64,000 nt of DNA from a candidate division WOR-3 bacterium. Lineage in GTDB: Bacteria; Hydrothermota; Tepidihabitantia; Tepidihabitantales; Tepidihabitantaceae. The stretch is taken from NCBI GenBank assembly GCA_965649165.1, contig CBFGJT010000005.1:17358-81357 (forward strand), given 5' to 3'. Positions within the stretch are counted from its first letter, which is position 1, and every line of letters starts with the position of its first letter. Positions 19,682-28,673 of this stretch are shown here, piece by piece. The notes beneath the pieces are model-generated. The model did no database searches. It saw nothing but the letters and a program-made list of their open reading frames with translations, and was not told where the DNA came from. Position numbers and translations under genes: made by a program.

Positions 19682-19934
19682 CAATGATGGGTGGTTGGAG
19701 GTTAAGTGTTGTGGATTTTGTGAATTACGGTGGCTGGTGCGGTTGGGGGGTGGTTTCTGGTTAAAAATGTAGGCGTGTTGCCCGATTGGGGGGGAGTTGC
19801 GGCTTTTCGTTTTGATACTGGGATGGTTGTGGGGCTGGTCCGGGGGATTGACCGGGGCGTTCTGTCGGCTAATTTTTGCGGTATGAGTTTTTGCCGGCGA
19901 GAGTTGGCGCCGGAAAAAGGAGAGGAGGTCGGTT

Positions 19935-20330
19935 GTGAGCTGGTTCAATCAGTTGAAGTCGGCGGCCGGTGAGGTTTTTTCGGTGCTGGATTCGGGCTAT
20001 CGGGAGGCAATTTATGAGGAGGCGCTGACGCATGAGCTGCGGTTGCGCGGGATCGCCTATGAGCGGCAGCGGAATTTCAAGATCCTTTATAAGAGTTACA
20101 AGGTTTCTGAGGGCAGGGTGGATCTGATGCTCAATCCGCTCTGGGCCGGGGTTGCCAGGGCGGAGGTGGTCGTGGAGCGGAAGGTGGTTGAGCCGAAGCC
20201 AGGCAGGGGGGGCGCGGGTGACTGTCAGGCTGCTGGTGCGGTGTGCCGGGGCGGTTTTTACCGTGATGAGGAGGAGCTGGCAGAGCAGGTGCTGGAGTTT
20301 GCTGTGCTGGTGCGCCATTTCGGTCTCTGA
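19935..20330 (+). CDS. GxxExxY protein (PD-(D/E)XK superfamily), C-terminal half apparently degenerate
   Basis: The N-terminal half, SGYREAIYEEALTHELRLRGI..ERQ....LYK...V.EGRVDLML, fits the family. After VVVERK the expected ..aQ..nYL....gllinF tail is absent. GTG start. Confidence 0.55.
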   Translation: MSWFNQLKSAAGEVFSVLDSGYREAIYEEALTHELRLRGIAYERQRNFKILYKSYKVSEGRVDLMLNPLWAGVARAEVVVERKVVEPKPGRGGAGDCQAAGAVCRGGFYRDEEELAEQVLEFAVLVRHFGL

Positions 20331-20390
20331 GGCGGGGGTATCTGGTGGCCAATTACATCAGGGGCTGAGGGTAAGGTCAGCGTTGTGGCG

Positions 20391-20422
20391 GTAAAAAAGA
20401 ACCGCCCCGCAGGGGACGGTTC
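20391..20422 (-). terminator. rho-independent terminator of the ECF/Spy operon
   Basis: Minus strand reads GAACCGTCCCC TGC GGGGCGGTTC followed by TTTTTTAC. Confidence 0.8.
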
Positions 20423-20447
20423 CTGACCGAGCCGAAAAGGAGGCGCC

Positions 20448-20966
20448 TTATTTCTGCGGGCAGCAGTTCGGCTCCAAAGGTCCGAATTGGTTCTGCTCCA
20501 TCCAGCGGTGCCGGCGCATCATCCTTCTGCCCATGCCCGGTCCCATTCCGATCCCGGACATGGGGTGCATATGCTTGCGCTGCTGCGGGGTGAGAATCTG
20601 GGCGATTTCCAGCCGGTGGTTGACGCGTGCCAGTTCCAGTTTGTTGCGCAGTTCGCTGATTTCCTTAAATTTGGCAATGATCGCCTTTGAGTCCAGCTTA
20701 TCCGCCTCCCAGAGGATCTGCAGTTCCAGTTCCTTGATGCGGAGTTCGGTTTGCAGCGGCAGGATCTCCTTTAGGTGTTTGATGCGCAGGTTCCGAATTT
20801 GTTCCCGCTGGGCATCGGTGAGTTGGGGCATTTCCGATGCCATCATCGGCATCGGCTGCTGGGGTGCATTCTGCTCCTGGGCAGAAATCGGTCCGATGGT
20901 CAGTATCAGCCCGGCAATGAGCAGGCTGATTTTCATCTTGTGATTTCTTTTCATATTTTCCTCCAT
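20448..20966 (-). CDS. Spy/CpxP-family periplasmic protein (LTxxQ repeats)
   Basis: Has a signal peptide, the LTDAQREQIRNL and LTPQQRKHM motifs, and a Met/Gly/Pro-rich tail. Confidence 0.7.
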   Translation of the reverse strand: MEENMKRNHKMKISLLIAGLILTIGPISAQEQNAPQQPMPMMASEMPQLTDAQREQIRNLRIKHLKEILPLQTELRIKELELQILWEADKLDSKAIIAKFKEISELRNKLELARVNHRLEIAQILTPQQRKHMHPMSGIGMGPGMGRRMMRRHRWMEQNQFGPLEPNCCPQK

Positions 20967-20972
20967 TTTTGT

Positions 20973-21461
20973 TTATCTTCGGCGAATTTTTTCTCTCCAG
21001 AATTTTGGCCCCAGTCTGTCCGGGCGCGGTCCCGGCGGTGGCGGTATCGGGCCTTCCATCATCCGGCACCAGCCGCGGCGTAGCCGTTCCCGGTGTTCAG
21101 GCGGCAGGACCATTCCGGTCTGTCTGCCGGTTTCATAGACCAGCCGGTTCATCTGCTGGTGGATGTCACCGATTGTTTTCAGGGTGCGCTCCACCTCGGC
21201 AGTTTCCGGGTTTTCCTCCAGCGCCAACCGGGCAAGCCGGTGCCGGGCGCGCCAGTATTCCAGACGGAGTGAGTCCATCTGCAGGCGGTAGGCTTCAAGG
21301 AGCGGTTCGATCCGCTGCGGTGCGAGCTGACGGATCTGGCGCAAGGCCCGGACCCACCGGTTGAGCCGGCGCAGCCGCAGCCAGGCGAGACTGCCGAAGG
21401 CGGCAAGGTTGATTGCCAGCGAAATCGCCAGTATAACATAAACCCAGCGGCTTTTCATCAT
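20973..21461 (-). CDS. membrane-anchored periplasmic helical protein (Spy/ZraP-like) of the ECF operon
   Basis: One N-terminal TM helix followed by a helical, Arg-rich region. Overlaps the anti-sigma gene by 4 nt. Confidence 0.45.
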   Translation of the reverse strand: MMKSRWVYVILAISLAINLAAFGSLAWLRLRRLNRWVRALRQIRQLAPQRIEPLLEAYRLQMDSLRLEYWRARHRLARLALEENPETAEVERTLKTIGDIHQQMNRLVYETGRQTGMVLPPEHRERLRRGWCRMMEGPIPPPPGPRPDRLGPKFWREKIRRR

Positions 21462-21877
21462 CTGCCTCCGTTTCCGGGTACGAACAGCTCTTCAATTGAG
21501 GGCTCGGTATTGAGCGCTGCCAGTTCCGGGCTGGTGCCGTTGCCGGTTGCCAGGCTGGTGCCGAGCATAATCCCCAGTCCGATACCGGCAAGAATCAGAA
21601 GCGCGACCGCAGTCTGCCAAAGCAGTCTGGGCAATGCTCGGGCTGGGCTGAGCGCACCGATACGGGCAAGGGTACGGGTGGTAAAGTTGGGTGAAATTTC
21701 CGGCGCGCTTACCGACTGGAGGAGTGTGTGCTCTGAATGGAGCAGTTCATACTCCTGCCGGCACCCGGCACACTCTGCGAGATGCTGGTTTACTGTTTCC
21801 TGCTGTGGTCCGGACAGTTCCCGATCGAGATACCGGGACAGAAGTTTGCGCACCTTTGAGCATTTCATCATCTTCAT
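21458..21877 (-). CDS. anti-sigma factor (zf-HC2 type)
   Basis: C-x..-H-x3-C-x2-C pattern (CSKVRKLLSRYLDRELS......HLAECAGC) followed by one TM helix. Confidence 0.75.
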   Translation of the reverse strand: MKMMKCSKVRKLLSRYLDRELSGPQQETVNQHLAECAGCRQEYELLHSEHTLLQSVSAPEISPNFTTRTLARIGALSPARALPRLLWQTAVALLILAGIGLGIMLGTSLATGNGTSPELAALNTEPSIEELFVPGNGGR

Positions 21878-21916
21878 TTTATTAGACCCCTTTCGGTTTC
21901 AGTTTCCTGCGTGTTA

Positions 21917-22474
21917 TCACAAAAGCCCCTTTTGCCGGGCAGGTTCAAGCAGGGCTTTCAGCCGGGTCCGGGCACGGACGAGAAGTGAATCCACCGCCCG
22001 GACCGATCTGCCCATAACCCGGGCGATTTCATTGTAGCTTAAATTTTCATACACCTTGAGCACCAGCGCGGTCCGCTGGTCAAGAGGAAGCTGAAGCAGT
22101 GCCTGCTGAATCAGTTCTTCCCGCTGGCGCCGGTGATAGACCGTCTCCGGTTCAGTTGCCGGATCCGCGGGCTGGAGTTCATTTAGTTGTTCGGTTTTAC
22201 GGGTCCGGGTTTTGAAGTTGAGGGTCAGGTTGATGGCAATTTGGTAAAGCCAGGTCTTGAAGCTGCTTTTGCCCTTGAAGCCGGCAAGTTTCTGCCAGGC
22301 GCGGACAAATGCCTGCTGACAAAGTTCTTCAGCATCACTGTGATTGCTGACAATCCGGTAGATGAAAGCAAAAAGACGCTGCTGGTGACGCCGGACCAGC
22401 TGTTCATAGGCGGTTAGTTCACCCTGCTGCGCCTGGAGCACCAGTTGCTCATCACTCGGTTGTGTTTCTGGCAC
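21917..22474 (-). CDS. ECF (sigma-70 family, group 4) RNA polymerase sigma factor
   Basis: Region 2 segment LFAFIYRIV.N..DAEEL.Q..FVRAW and region 4 segment LSY.EIA.VMG.S..AV.S.L.RAR. GTG start. Confidence 0.9.
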   Translation of the reverse strand: MPETQPSDEQLVLQAQQGELTAYEQLVRRHQQRLFAFIYRIVSNHSDAEELCQQAFVRAWQKLAGFKGKSSFKTWLYQIAINLTLNFKTRTRKTEQLNELQPADPATEPETVYHRRQREELIQQALLQLPLDQRTALVLKVYENLSYNEIARVMGRSVRAVDSLLVRARTRLKALLEPARQKGLL

Positions 22475-22506
22475 CGGTTATTAAATTAGACCTGAAAGTT
22501 CGCGGA

Positions 22507-23157
22507 TCACTGCGGGGTGCCGGTAAGTTTCAACAGTTCAGCCAGAAACCGGTCTTCTGGTAGCGCACCTTCAAGATGGTGGAGACCGTTGATCACCGTT
22601 TTCGGCACCGCACTGATCTGATAGTAGTTTGCCAGCACCGGAAACTCCTGGGCATCAATCGCGCTGGCGGTGATTTTTTCATTTTCCAGTGCAAACCGGT
22701 GTGCCAGACCGGCCATCATCGGACAGTAGGGACAGGTCAGAGTGACAAAGACATCAATCTTGACCGGACTGGAGATCGTCTGCAGTTTTTCCCGAGTCTG
22801 AGGTTTGAGCCCGCTGTCCCTTCTGCCTGCAATTTGGAGCGCATTGAGTAGGGTGGTAAACTCATAACCGGCCGGAATGCCGTAGAACCGAATACCGTAG
22901 TCCTTTTCTCCCTCAACCACTAATGCCGGCACCCGCTGAATCTGATACTTTTCCACTACCGCTTTGTCCAGCAAAAAATTGTGAACCTCAAGCGCAATCC
23001 GGTCTGAAAGCCCGGCAAGCTCCTCTGCGAGCTGGCGATTTTCCCGGCAGAACTGACACTCCATCTCTTGGGTGAATACCAGAAGTTTTACCGGATTGGG
23101 CAGTTTGTTAAGTATCTGCTGTGCCTGAAGTTTGACCGCATCGTTGAGCAGAGACAT
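22507..23157 (-). CDS. two-domain thioredoxin-fold protein disulfide oxidoreductase (PDO/glutaredoxin-like)
   Basis: Two CxxC motifs (CQFC and CPYC), one in each of two thioredoxin-like halves. AGGAGG lies upstream. Confidence 0.75.
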   Translation of the reverse strand: MSLLNDAVKLQAQQILNKLPNPVKLLVFTQEMECQFCRENRQLAEELAGLSDRIALEVHNFLLDKAVVEKYQIQRVPALVVEGEKDYGIRFYGIPAGYEFTTLLNALQIAGRRDSGLKPQTREKLQTISSPVKIDVFVTLTCPYCPMMAGLAHRFALENEKITASAIDAQEFPVLANYYQISAVPKTVINGLHHLEGALPEDRFLAELLKLTGTPQ

Positions 23158-23187
23158 AATCCTCCTTTTATATATTAGACTGGCAAA

Positions 23188-26142
23188 TCACCGGTTTTGG
23201 GTTCCGGGGTTCAGCCGGATCAGCCGGCGGACCGCGGTGCCGTTTTCGGCGACCAGCAGCAGGAAGTAGGTACCCGCCGGAAGCTGTTCGCCTGAATCGG
23301 TAATCAGATTCCAGACCAGCCGGTGATGGCCAGCGGACTGAAGCCGGTTCACCAGTGTCTTTAATTTCTGTCCGGCAGAGTTGTAAACAGCAAGCCGGAC
23401 CCGGGAGGTGCGGGGCAGGAAATAGCTGATTGCTGTCTGAAGCTGGGGATGGGATGGTTGAACTGAAAGCAGGAGCCGAGGTGCGGGCCGTGGAGGAGTC
23501 GGGCTTCGGACACCGGTCATAAGCCGGTAGCGGGTCTGCTGATAATTGAGCTGTACCTGAGCTAGTGCGGTCCGGGTGCGGAGCTGAAGCCAGTTGTATT
23601 CGTTGGGGGTCGGGATTTCAGTGCCGGGCACAAAATCCTGCCAAAGTGTCCATTTGATTACACCCGCGTCGTCAAACCGGGCAATACCGGTGCCGGAGTC
23701 CGGACCGGAGCTCGTGAGCCAGAGGTCAAAGAAGCCGGCATTGGTCAGCGGAGTAATCGAGCTGGATTCAAACCGCCAGTCAAATGTGCCCCAAAGCGGT
23801 GTGTCAAGACTGCAGATCTGAACTGGTGTGCCACTGGTCCGGCTGGAGTAGAGGTTGAGTTTGATGTTTGTCGGACCGGCATTATCCCCCTTGAGCCAGG
23901 AGTAGACTGTTAGGTCGCCGGAGTCGGCAGACAGGGGATAACGTTCCTCAAGGCTGGTGATGATGGTGCCGGTGCCGGCGGTGCGTCGCTGGGCAAGAGC
24001 GCGTAAACCACGCCGGGCAAGCGGATCATAAAACTCATCCAGCTGATTGAGTAGCCACATTGTTGCCCCTTCATCCTCCATATTGCCCAACCATACCAGG
24101 TCCCGGCCGAGCCGGAACTGCCAGTCCGCTGCCGGGCTGATGTTTGTAATCCGGCTGATATCGGCGTTGGCGTCCAGACGTAGGGGTGGGGAGATAAACC
24201 AGCCGGAATCGGGCAGAACCGGAATTGTATCGGCAGCATCCCAGACCTGCCGGTACAGGGTAGAAGTATCCAGAATCACGGTGGCAAGCACCGATTCCGG
24301 ATTGACAATCACATATGTGCCCAGTTCTCGGGAAAGCCGGGCGAGGTGGCGCAGGATGGCAATTCCCAGTTCCCCGGTTGCTGGTGCGGGTAGATAGTCG
24401 TCAATAAAGACCGGAATGAGGCGAAAGTGCCCAAAGCCCTGTTCATCGAGCTGGGTATGGAGAATTACCGTGGGGTAGGTCTCTGGATACTCCTGGTCAA
24501 AGGCAAAGTTGCCGAGCGAATGGGCGATTACCTTGCCTTGATAAACTTCAATCCCTTGGAGGATATGGGGATGATGGCAGACAATCAGGTCCGCTCCATT
24601 GTCAATGATACGGTGACGCAGGGCACGGGCATTGTCCAAGGGTGTTTCTGCCCAGGGGGAAAACCATTCATCATCCGCGCCGAAGCCGGGTGTTTCCTGG
24701 TACTCTTCGCCCGCATGGAGCTGGACGATGACAAAATCGGCAACCTGGCGGGTACGGGCAATTGCCCCAAAAATCCGCCAGCTGTCCTGTTCGGCAAATC
24801 CGGGTTTGCTGTAACCGGCGTTGAGAAACGGCTGGTAGTTGTCATACTGGCCGGTCCGGTCGCTGAAGGCAAGAAAGCCCAGGCTGATCCCGGATTTGAC
24901 GATGAAGGCGGGCTGAAATGCCTGATAGATGTCTTCACCGGCACCAACGTTGCTGATTCCAGAAGAGTCCAGCACCCGACAGGTCTGCATCAGGCCCTCA
25001 GGACCGTAGTCAAGGATGTGGTTGTTTGCTAGTGAAACCAGGTCAATGCCGGCATAGTTGAGACCCCGGACATTGGACGGCCGACCGCGGAAGACGATTG
25101 GTTTGGTCGGATGGGGTGTGCCGCGGTCAGTGAGCGGGCATTCAAGATTGGCAACGGTGATATCTGCCGATTCAGCCAGCAGGTGCCGGACCCGAGCAAA
25201 GACACCCTCGGGACCGAGTGTGTCGATGATGCCGCCGGGCTGTTCATATCTGCGGGCAAGCATGATGTCGCCGACGAAGTTCAGTTGCAAAGGCAGGCTG
25301 GACGGTCCGGTTTCAATCCGGACCCGGGTAGTATCCCGTGCCCATCTACCGGTGGAGTCGCTGACCTGACAGAGGACAGTAAACAGGTGATCGTCGGGGA
25401 CGATGTAGGTGTGTAGAGGACAGGAGTCCTGACTGGTGGAGTCGTCGCCAAAGGACCAGAAGTAGCGATGGGTTCGTGAGTCCGGGTCGGTCACCCGCGA
25501 ATAAAACTGAACCGTGACCCTCCAGGTGCCGTCGCCGTTTTTTGTTTCGGACCGGACTTCATGCCAGATCTCCAGTTCCGGCGCTGTCGGTAGATCGGCA
25601 GTGATATTGAGGATGTCGTCAAAGAGCACACTGCCAGACCGGCTGCTGTCGTGGTCATTGACAAATATCAGACCGTTGATGGTGACAAGCCGGCCGAATC
25701 GGGCAAGCCAGTCTTCACCCACGGGCAGAAGATACCGATTCCAGGTGCGGACCGGAAGGGCGCCCTGATAAACGGTGACCCAGCGGGCAGGGTTAACTTT
25801 TTCCCAGCCGGCAAACGCATAAAGCAGGGTTTCGCCGTCACCGATCAGACCGAAGCCCTGAATTTCGCCGAGCGATTCAATAAAGGTGGCAACCGAGAGC
25901 ACCGTGCCGGTGTCAAGGGTAAAATTGGCGACCGGTGCGATCTTCCAGGTGTTACCGATGAGTTTCAGGCTGAAGCGTGAACCCTGGTGGGTATTAGTGG
26001 AATCCAGGAGCCAGAGGTCCGGATCCTGGTCCTCGCCCGGATAGGAGTAAAGCTCAACTGCACCCGATTCAAAGTTTTCAACCGTATCGGCATATGCCGG
26101 CGAGGTGATGACAATCAAAAGCAGCAGGAGTGGTGGGTTCAT
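23188..26142 (-). CDS. secreted CapA/PGA_cap-family metallophosphatase with PKD-like domain and T9SS-type C-terminal domain
   Basis: The start is reassigned to ATG 26142, which begins signal peptide MNPPLLLLLIVITSPAYA. PKD-like segment FWSFGDDSTS. CapA motifs: FVGDIM, ANLECPLT, SLANNHILDYG, HAGEEY, CHHPHILQGIE, SLGNF. C-terminal beta-sandwich ends ...GTYFLLLVAENGTAVRRLIRL. Confidence 0.75.
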   Translation of the reverse strand: MNPPLLLLLIVITSPAYADTVENFESGAVELYSYPGEDQDPDLWLLDSTNTHQGSRFSLKLIGNTWKIAPVANFTLDTGTVLSVATFIESLGEIQGFGLIGDGETLLYAFAGWEKVNPARWVTVYQGALPVRTWNRYLLPVGEDWLARFGRLVTINGLIFVNDHDSSRSGSVLFDDILNITADLPTAPELEIWHEVRSETKNGDGTWRVTVQFYSRVTDPDSRTHRYFWSFGDDSTSQDSCPLHTYIVPDDHLFTVLCQVSDSTGRWARDTTRVRIETGPSSLPLQLNFVGDIMLARRYEQPGGIIDTLGPEGVFARVRHLLAESADITVANLECPLTDRGTPHPTKPIVFRGRPSNVRGLNYAGIDLVSLANNHILDYGPEGLMQTCRVLDSSGISNVGAGEDIYQAFQPAFIVKSGISLGFLAFSDRTGQYDNYQPFLNAGYSKPGFAEQDSWRIFGAIARTRQVADFVIVQLHAGEEYQETPGFGADDEWFSPWAETPLDNARALRHRIIDNGADLIVCHHPHILQGIEVYQGKVIAHSLGNFAFDQEYPETYPTVILHTQLDEQGFGHFRLIPVFIDDYLPAPATGELGIAILRHLARLSRELGTYVIVNPESVLATVILDTSTLYRQVWDAADTIPVLPDSGWFISPPLRLDANADISRITNISPAADWQFRLGRDLVWLGNMEDEGATMWLLNQLDEFYDPLARRGLRALAQRRTAGTGTIITSLEERYPLSADSGDLTVYSWLKGDNAGPTNIKLNLYSSRTSGTPVQICSLDTPLWGTFDWRFESSSITPLTNAGFFDLWLTSSGPDSGTGIARFDDAGVIKWTLWQDFVPGTEIPTPNEYNWLQLRTRTALAQVQLNYQQTRYRLMTGVRSPTPPRPAPRLLLSVQPSHPQLQTAISYFLPRTSRVRLAVYNSAGQKLKTLVNRLQSAGHHRLVWNLITDSGEQLPAGTYFLLLVAENGTAVRRLIRLNPGTQNR

Positions 26143-26280
26143 GATCACTCTGTCAGATTCTATTTTACCCGGACCGGGCCAAAGGTCAAACTGCCGGTGC
26201 TGCTGCCAGCCCGATTTGACAGTTTTGCTGTGCCGGTTATTATTGAGCAAAACCGTCTTCAGCCTGAAAGGAGCAGAAAA

Positions 26281-27795
26281 ATGAGAAGAATCGTTGAATG
26301 TGTTCCTAATTTTAGTGAGGGCCGGCGGCCTGAGGTTGTTGAACAGATTGTCAGCAGTATCAAGTCGGTGACCGGTGTGACGCTGCTGGACCAGGAGATG
26401 AATGCGGACCACAACCGGGCGGTGATCAGCTTTGTCGGCGAGCCGGAGGTGGTGCTGGAAGCGGCGTTCCGGGCAACCAAGACCGCAGCGGAACTGATTG
26501 ATCTGACGAAACATCAGGGTGAGCATCCGCGTATCGGTGCCACTGATGTGATCCCGTTTGTGCCGGTTTCCGGAGTGACGCAGGCAGAGTGCATTGAGCT
26601 GGCAAAGCGGCTGGGCAAGCGGATTGCGGATGAACTTGGGATTCCGGTATATCTCTATGAGCTGGCAGCCACCAGACCGGACCGGCAGGACCTGGCAAAC
26701 ATTCGGCAGGGTGAGTTTGAGGGGTTGCGGGAGGCGATCCGAACCGACCCGGACCGGGCACCGGACTTCGGCCGGCCCGAGCTGCATCCGACCGCCGGCG
26801 CAACCGTAGTCGGGGTCCGGGCGCCGCTGATTGCCTATAATATCAATCTTTCCACTCCGGATGTAAAGATTGCCGAGAAGATCGCCAAGGCGATCCGGTT
26901 CCGCTCCGGCGGGTTCCGGTATGTCAAGGCGCTTGGTTTTGAGCTTAAGGAGAAAAACTGCGCCCAGGTGTCAATCAACATGACCGATTATACCAAGACG
27001 CCGCTTTACCGGGTGTTTGAGACGGTGAAGCGGGAGGCGCAGCGCTACGGGGTGAATGTGGTGGAGTCGGAAATTGTCGGACTGGTACCGCAGGCAGCGC
27101 TGGTGGATTGTGCCAAGTTCTATCTCCAGCTTAATGAGTTTAAGAAGGAACAGATTCTGGAGAACCGGCTGATGCCGGCTCAGGGTCTGCCTGATTTTCT
27201 GAGCGAACTGGCATCATCGGCGCCGGTACCGGGTGGCGGGAGCGCAGCGGCGCTCAATGGTGCGATCGGAACCGCGCTGTTCACCATGGTGGCAAATCTG
27301 ACGATCGGCAAGAAGGGTTATGAGGAGTTTGAGGAGGAGTTGAAGGGAGTTAAGGACCGGCTGATTCCGCTGCGCGAGCGGTTTATCAGCCTGATGGATG
27401 AGGATGCCGAGTCGTTTAAGGCGGTGATGCAGGCATACAAGCTGCCGAAGATGACCGAGGCAGAACGCCAGGAGCGGGAGCAAGCGGTGAGCGAGGCGCT
27501 GAAGCGGGCGGCCGAGGTGCCGCTCCGGACGATGAAGCTGGCACTGGAGGTGCTGAAGCTGGCAAAACCGGTCGTGGAATACGGAAATAAGAATTCAGTC
27601 AGTGATGCCGGAGTGGCAACGCTTAATCTTGACGCCGCCTTCCGGGGTGCACGGCTCAATGTGCTGATCAATCTCGGCGGTATCAGAGACCGGGATTTTG
27701 TTGCCGGGATGCAGGAGACGCTGGATGAGCTTTCCTCAGAGCTGGAAGGGCTGGTTAAGGGTTATCTGGAGACGGTTACCAGAAGGATGAGTTAA
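26281..27795 (+). CDS. ftcD: bifunctional glutamate formimidoyltransferase / formimidoyltetrahydrofolate cyclodeaminase
   Basis: The start is reassigned to ATG 26281, which is preceded by AAAGGAG. N-terminal segment IVECVPNFSEGR. C-terminal cyclodeaminase segment APVPGGGSAAALNGA.G.AL..MVANLT.GKK. Confidence 0.85.
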   Translation: MRRIVECVPNFSEGRRPEVVEQIVSSIKSVTGVTLLDQEMNADHNRAVISFVGEPEVVLEAAFRATKTAAELIDLTKHQGEHPRIGATDVIPFVPVSGVTQAECIELAKRLGKRIADELGIPVYLYELAATRPDRQDLANIRQGEFEGLREAIRTDPDRAPDFGRPELHPTAGATVVGVRAPLIAYNINLSTPDVKIAEKIAKAIRFRSGGFRYVKALGFELKEKNCAQVSINMTDYTKTPLYRVFETVKREAQRYGVNVVESEIVGLVPQAALVDCAKFYLQLNEFKKEQILENRLMPAQGLPDFLSELASSAPVPGGGSAAALNGAIGTALFTMVANLTIGKKGYEEFEEELKGVKDRLIPLRERFISLMDEDAESFKAVMQAYKLPKMTEAERQEREQAVSEALKRAAEVPLRTMKLALEVLKLAKPVVEYGNKNSVSDAGVATLNLDAAFRGARLNVLINLGGIRDRDFVAGMQETLDELSSELEGLVKGYLETVTRRMS

Positions 27796-27824
27796 CCGGT
27801 TATCCGACGAAAGGTGGTCGGTCA

Positions 27825-28673
27825 TTGAAGAGCTGTCAGCCGGCGGTAGTTGATCTGCATCTGCATACCATTTTTTCCGATGGTCTGTTTACACCTGAGG
27901 AGCTGGTCATCCGGGCAGAGCAGATGGGCTTTACTGCGATTGCGATCACCGATCACGATTCGATCGAGGGGATTGACCGGGCAAAGGTGCAGGGTAAACG
28001 TTCGGGGGTTGAGATTGTGCCTGGTGTGGAGCTGAGCTGTAATGTCAATGGCACCGATGTCCATATTATCGGTTACTATATTGATTACCGGAGTGCGGCG
28101 GTGCAGGAGTTTTTTGCCCGGGTGCGGGAGTTCCGGCTCCAGCGGGCAGAGCGGATGGTAAATAAGTTGAATGAACTGGCAGGGGGCAGATGGCGGGTGA
28201 GTTTTGAGCGGGTAAGGGAGATTGCCGGTGCAGGTGCGGTCGGCAGACCGCATGTGGCCCAGGCGCTGGTGGAGGCTGGGGGCGTGGCGACGATGAGTGA
28301 GGCGTTTGAGAAATACATCGGCTATGATGGTCCGGCCTACTTCCCCAAGCTGCGGTTGACACCGGCGGAGGTGATTGAGCGGATACACCAGGCGGGCGGG
28401 CTGGCAGTGATCGCCCATCCGGCAACCTATGGGAATGACGGTCTGGTTTATCTGGTGATCGCTGCGGGCGTGGACGGGATCGAGGTCTGGCATCCGGAGC
28501 ACAATCAGCGGGTGGTGGATCATTATCTGGAGCTCGCCCAGAAGAATGGACTGTTGGTCACAGGCGGTTCTGACTGTCATGGTGGACGGAAGTTCGGCCG
28601 GATTTATCTCGGTGAGGTCCGGCTGCCCTATCAGTATCTGATGGCAATCAAGCGCCGGGTGAAGAAATGCTGA
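27825..28673 (+). CDS. PHP-domain metal-dependent phosphoesterase
   Basis: Contains VDLHLHTIFSDG, AITDHDS and GGSDCHG. Confidence 0.8.
   Translation: MKSCQPAVVDLHLHTIFSDGLFTPEELVIRAEQMGFTAIAITDHDSIEGIDRAKVQGKRSGVEIVPGVELSCNVNGTDVHIIGYYIDYRSAAVQEFFARVREFRLQRAERMVNKLNELAGGRWRVSFERVREIAGAGAVGRPHVAQALVEAGGVATMSEAFEKYIGYDGPAYFPKLRLTPAEVIERIHQAGGLAVIAHPATYGNDGLVYLVIAAGVDGIEVWHPEHNQRVVDHYLELAQKNGLLVTGGSDCHGGRKFGRIYLGEVRLPYQYLMAIKRRVKKC

Noticed and set aside
19616-19972. 110-aa (-) and 80-aa (+) ORFs inside the G+T-rich block
   Set aside because: Their amino-acid composition (Pro/Gln/Asn/His on one strand, Gly/Val on the other) simply mirrors the nucleotide bias. They have no RBS or motifs.
22475-22506. 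GAACTT element upstream of the ECF sigma gene as an autoregulated ECF promoter
   Set aside because: Only the -35-like half is present. No convincing -10 (CGT/TCTAA-type) lies at the right spacing, and the spacer to the upstream PDO gene is only 32 nt.
25987-26280. N-terminal 98 aa of the 602-aa track ORF 25987-27795
   Set aside because: The extension overlaps the CapA-like gene on the other strand. ATG 26281 has an RBS and begins the conserved MRRIVECVPNFSEGR N-terminus of formimidoyltransferases.
26143-26787. N-terminal 215 aa of the 1199-aa track ORF 23188-26787
   Set aside because: The extension is antisense to ftcD and has no protein-like features. An internal ATG at 26142 begins a canonical signal peptide, so the gene was shortened.
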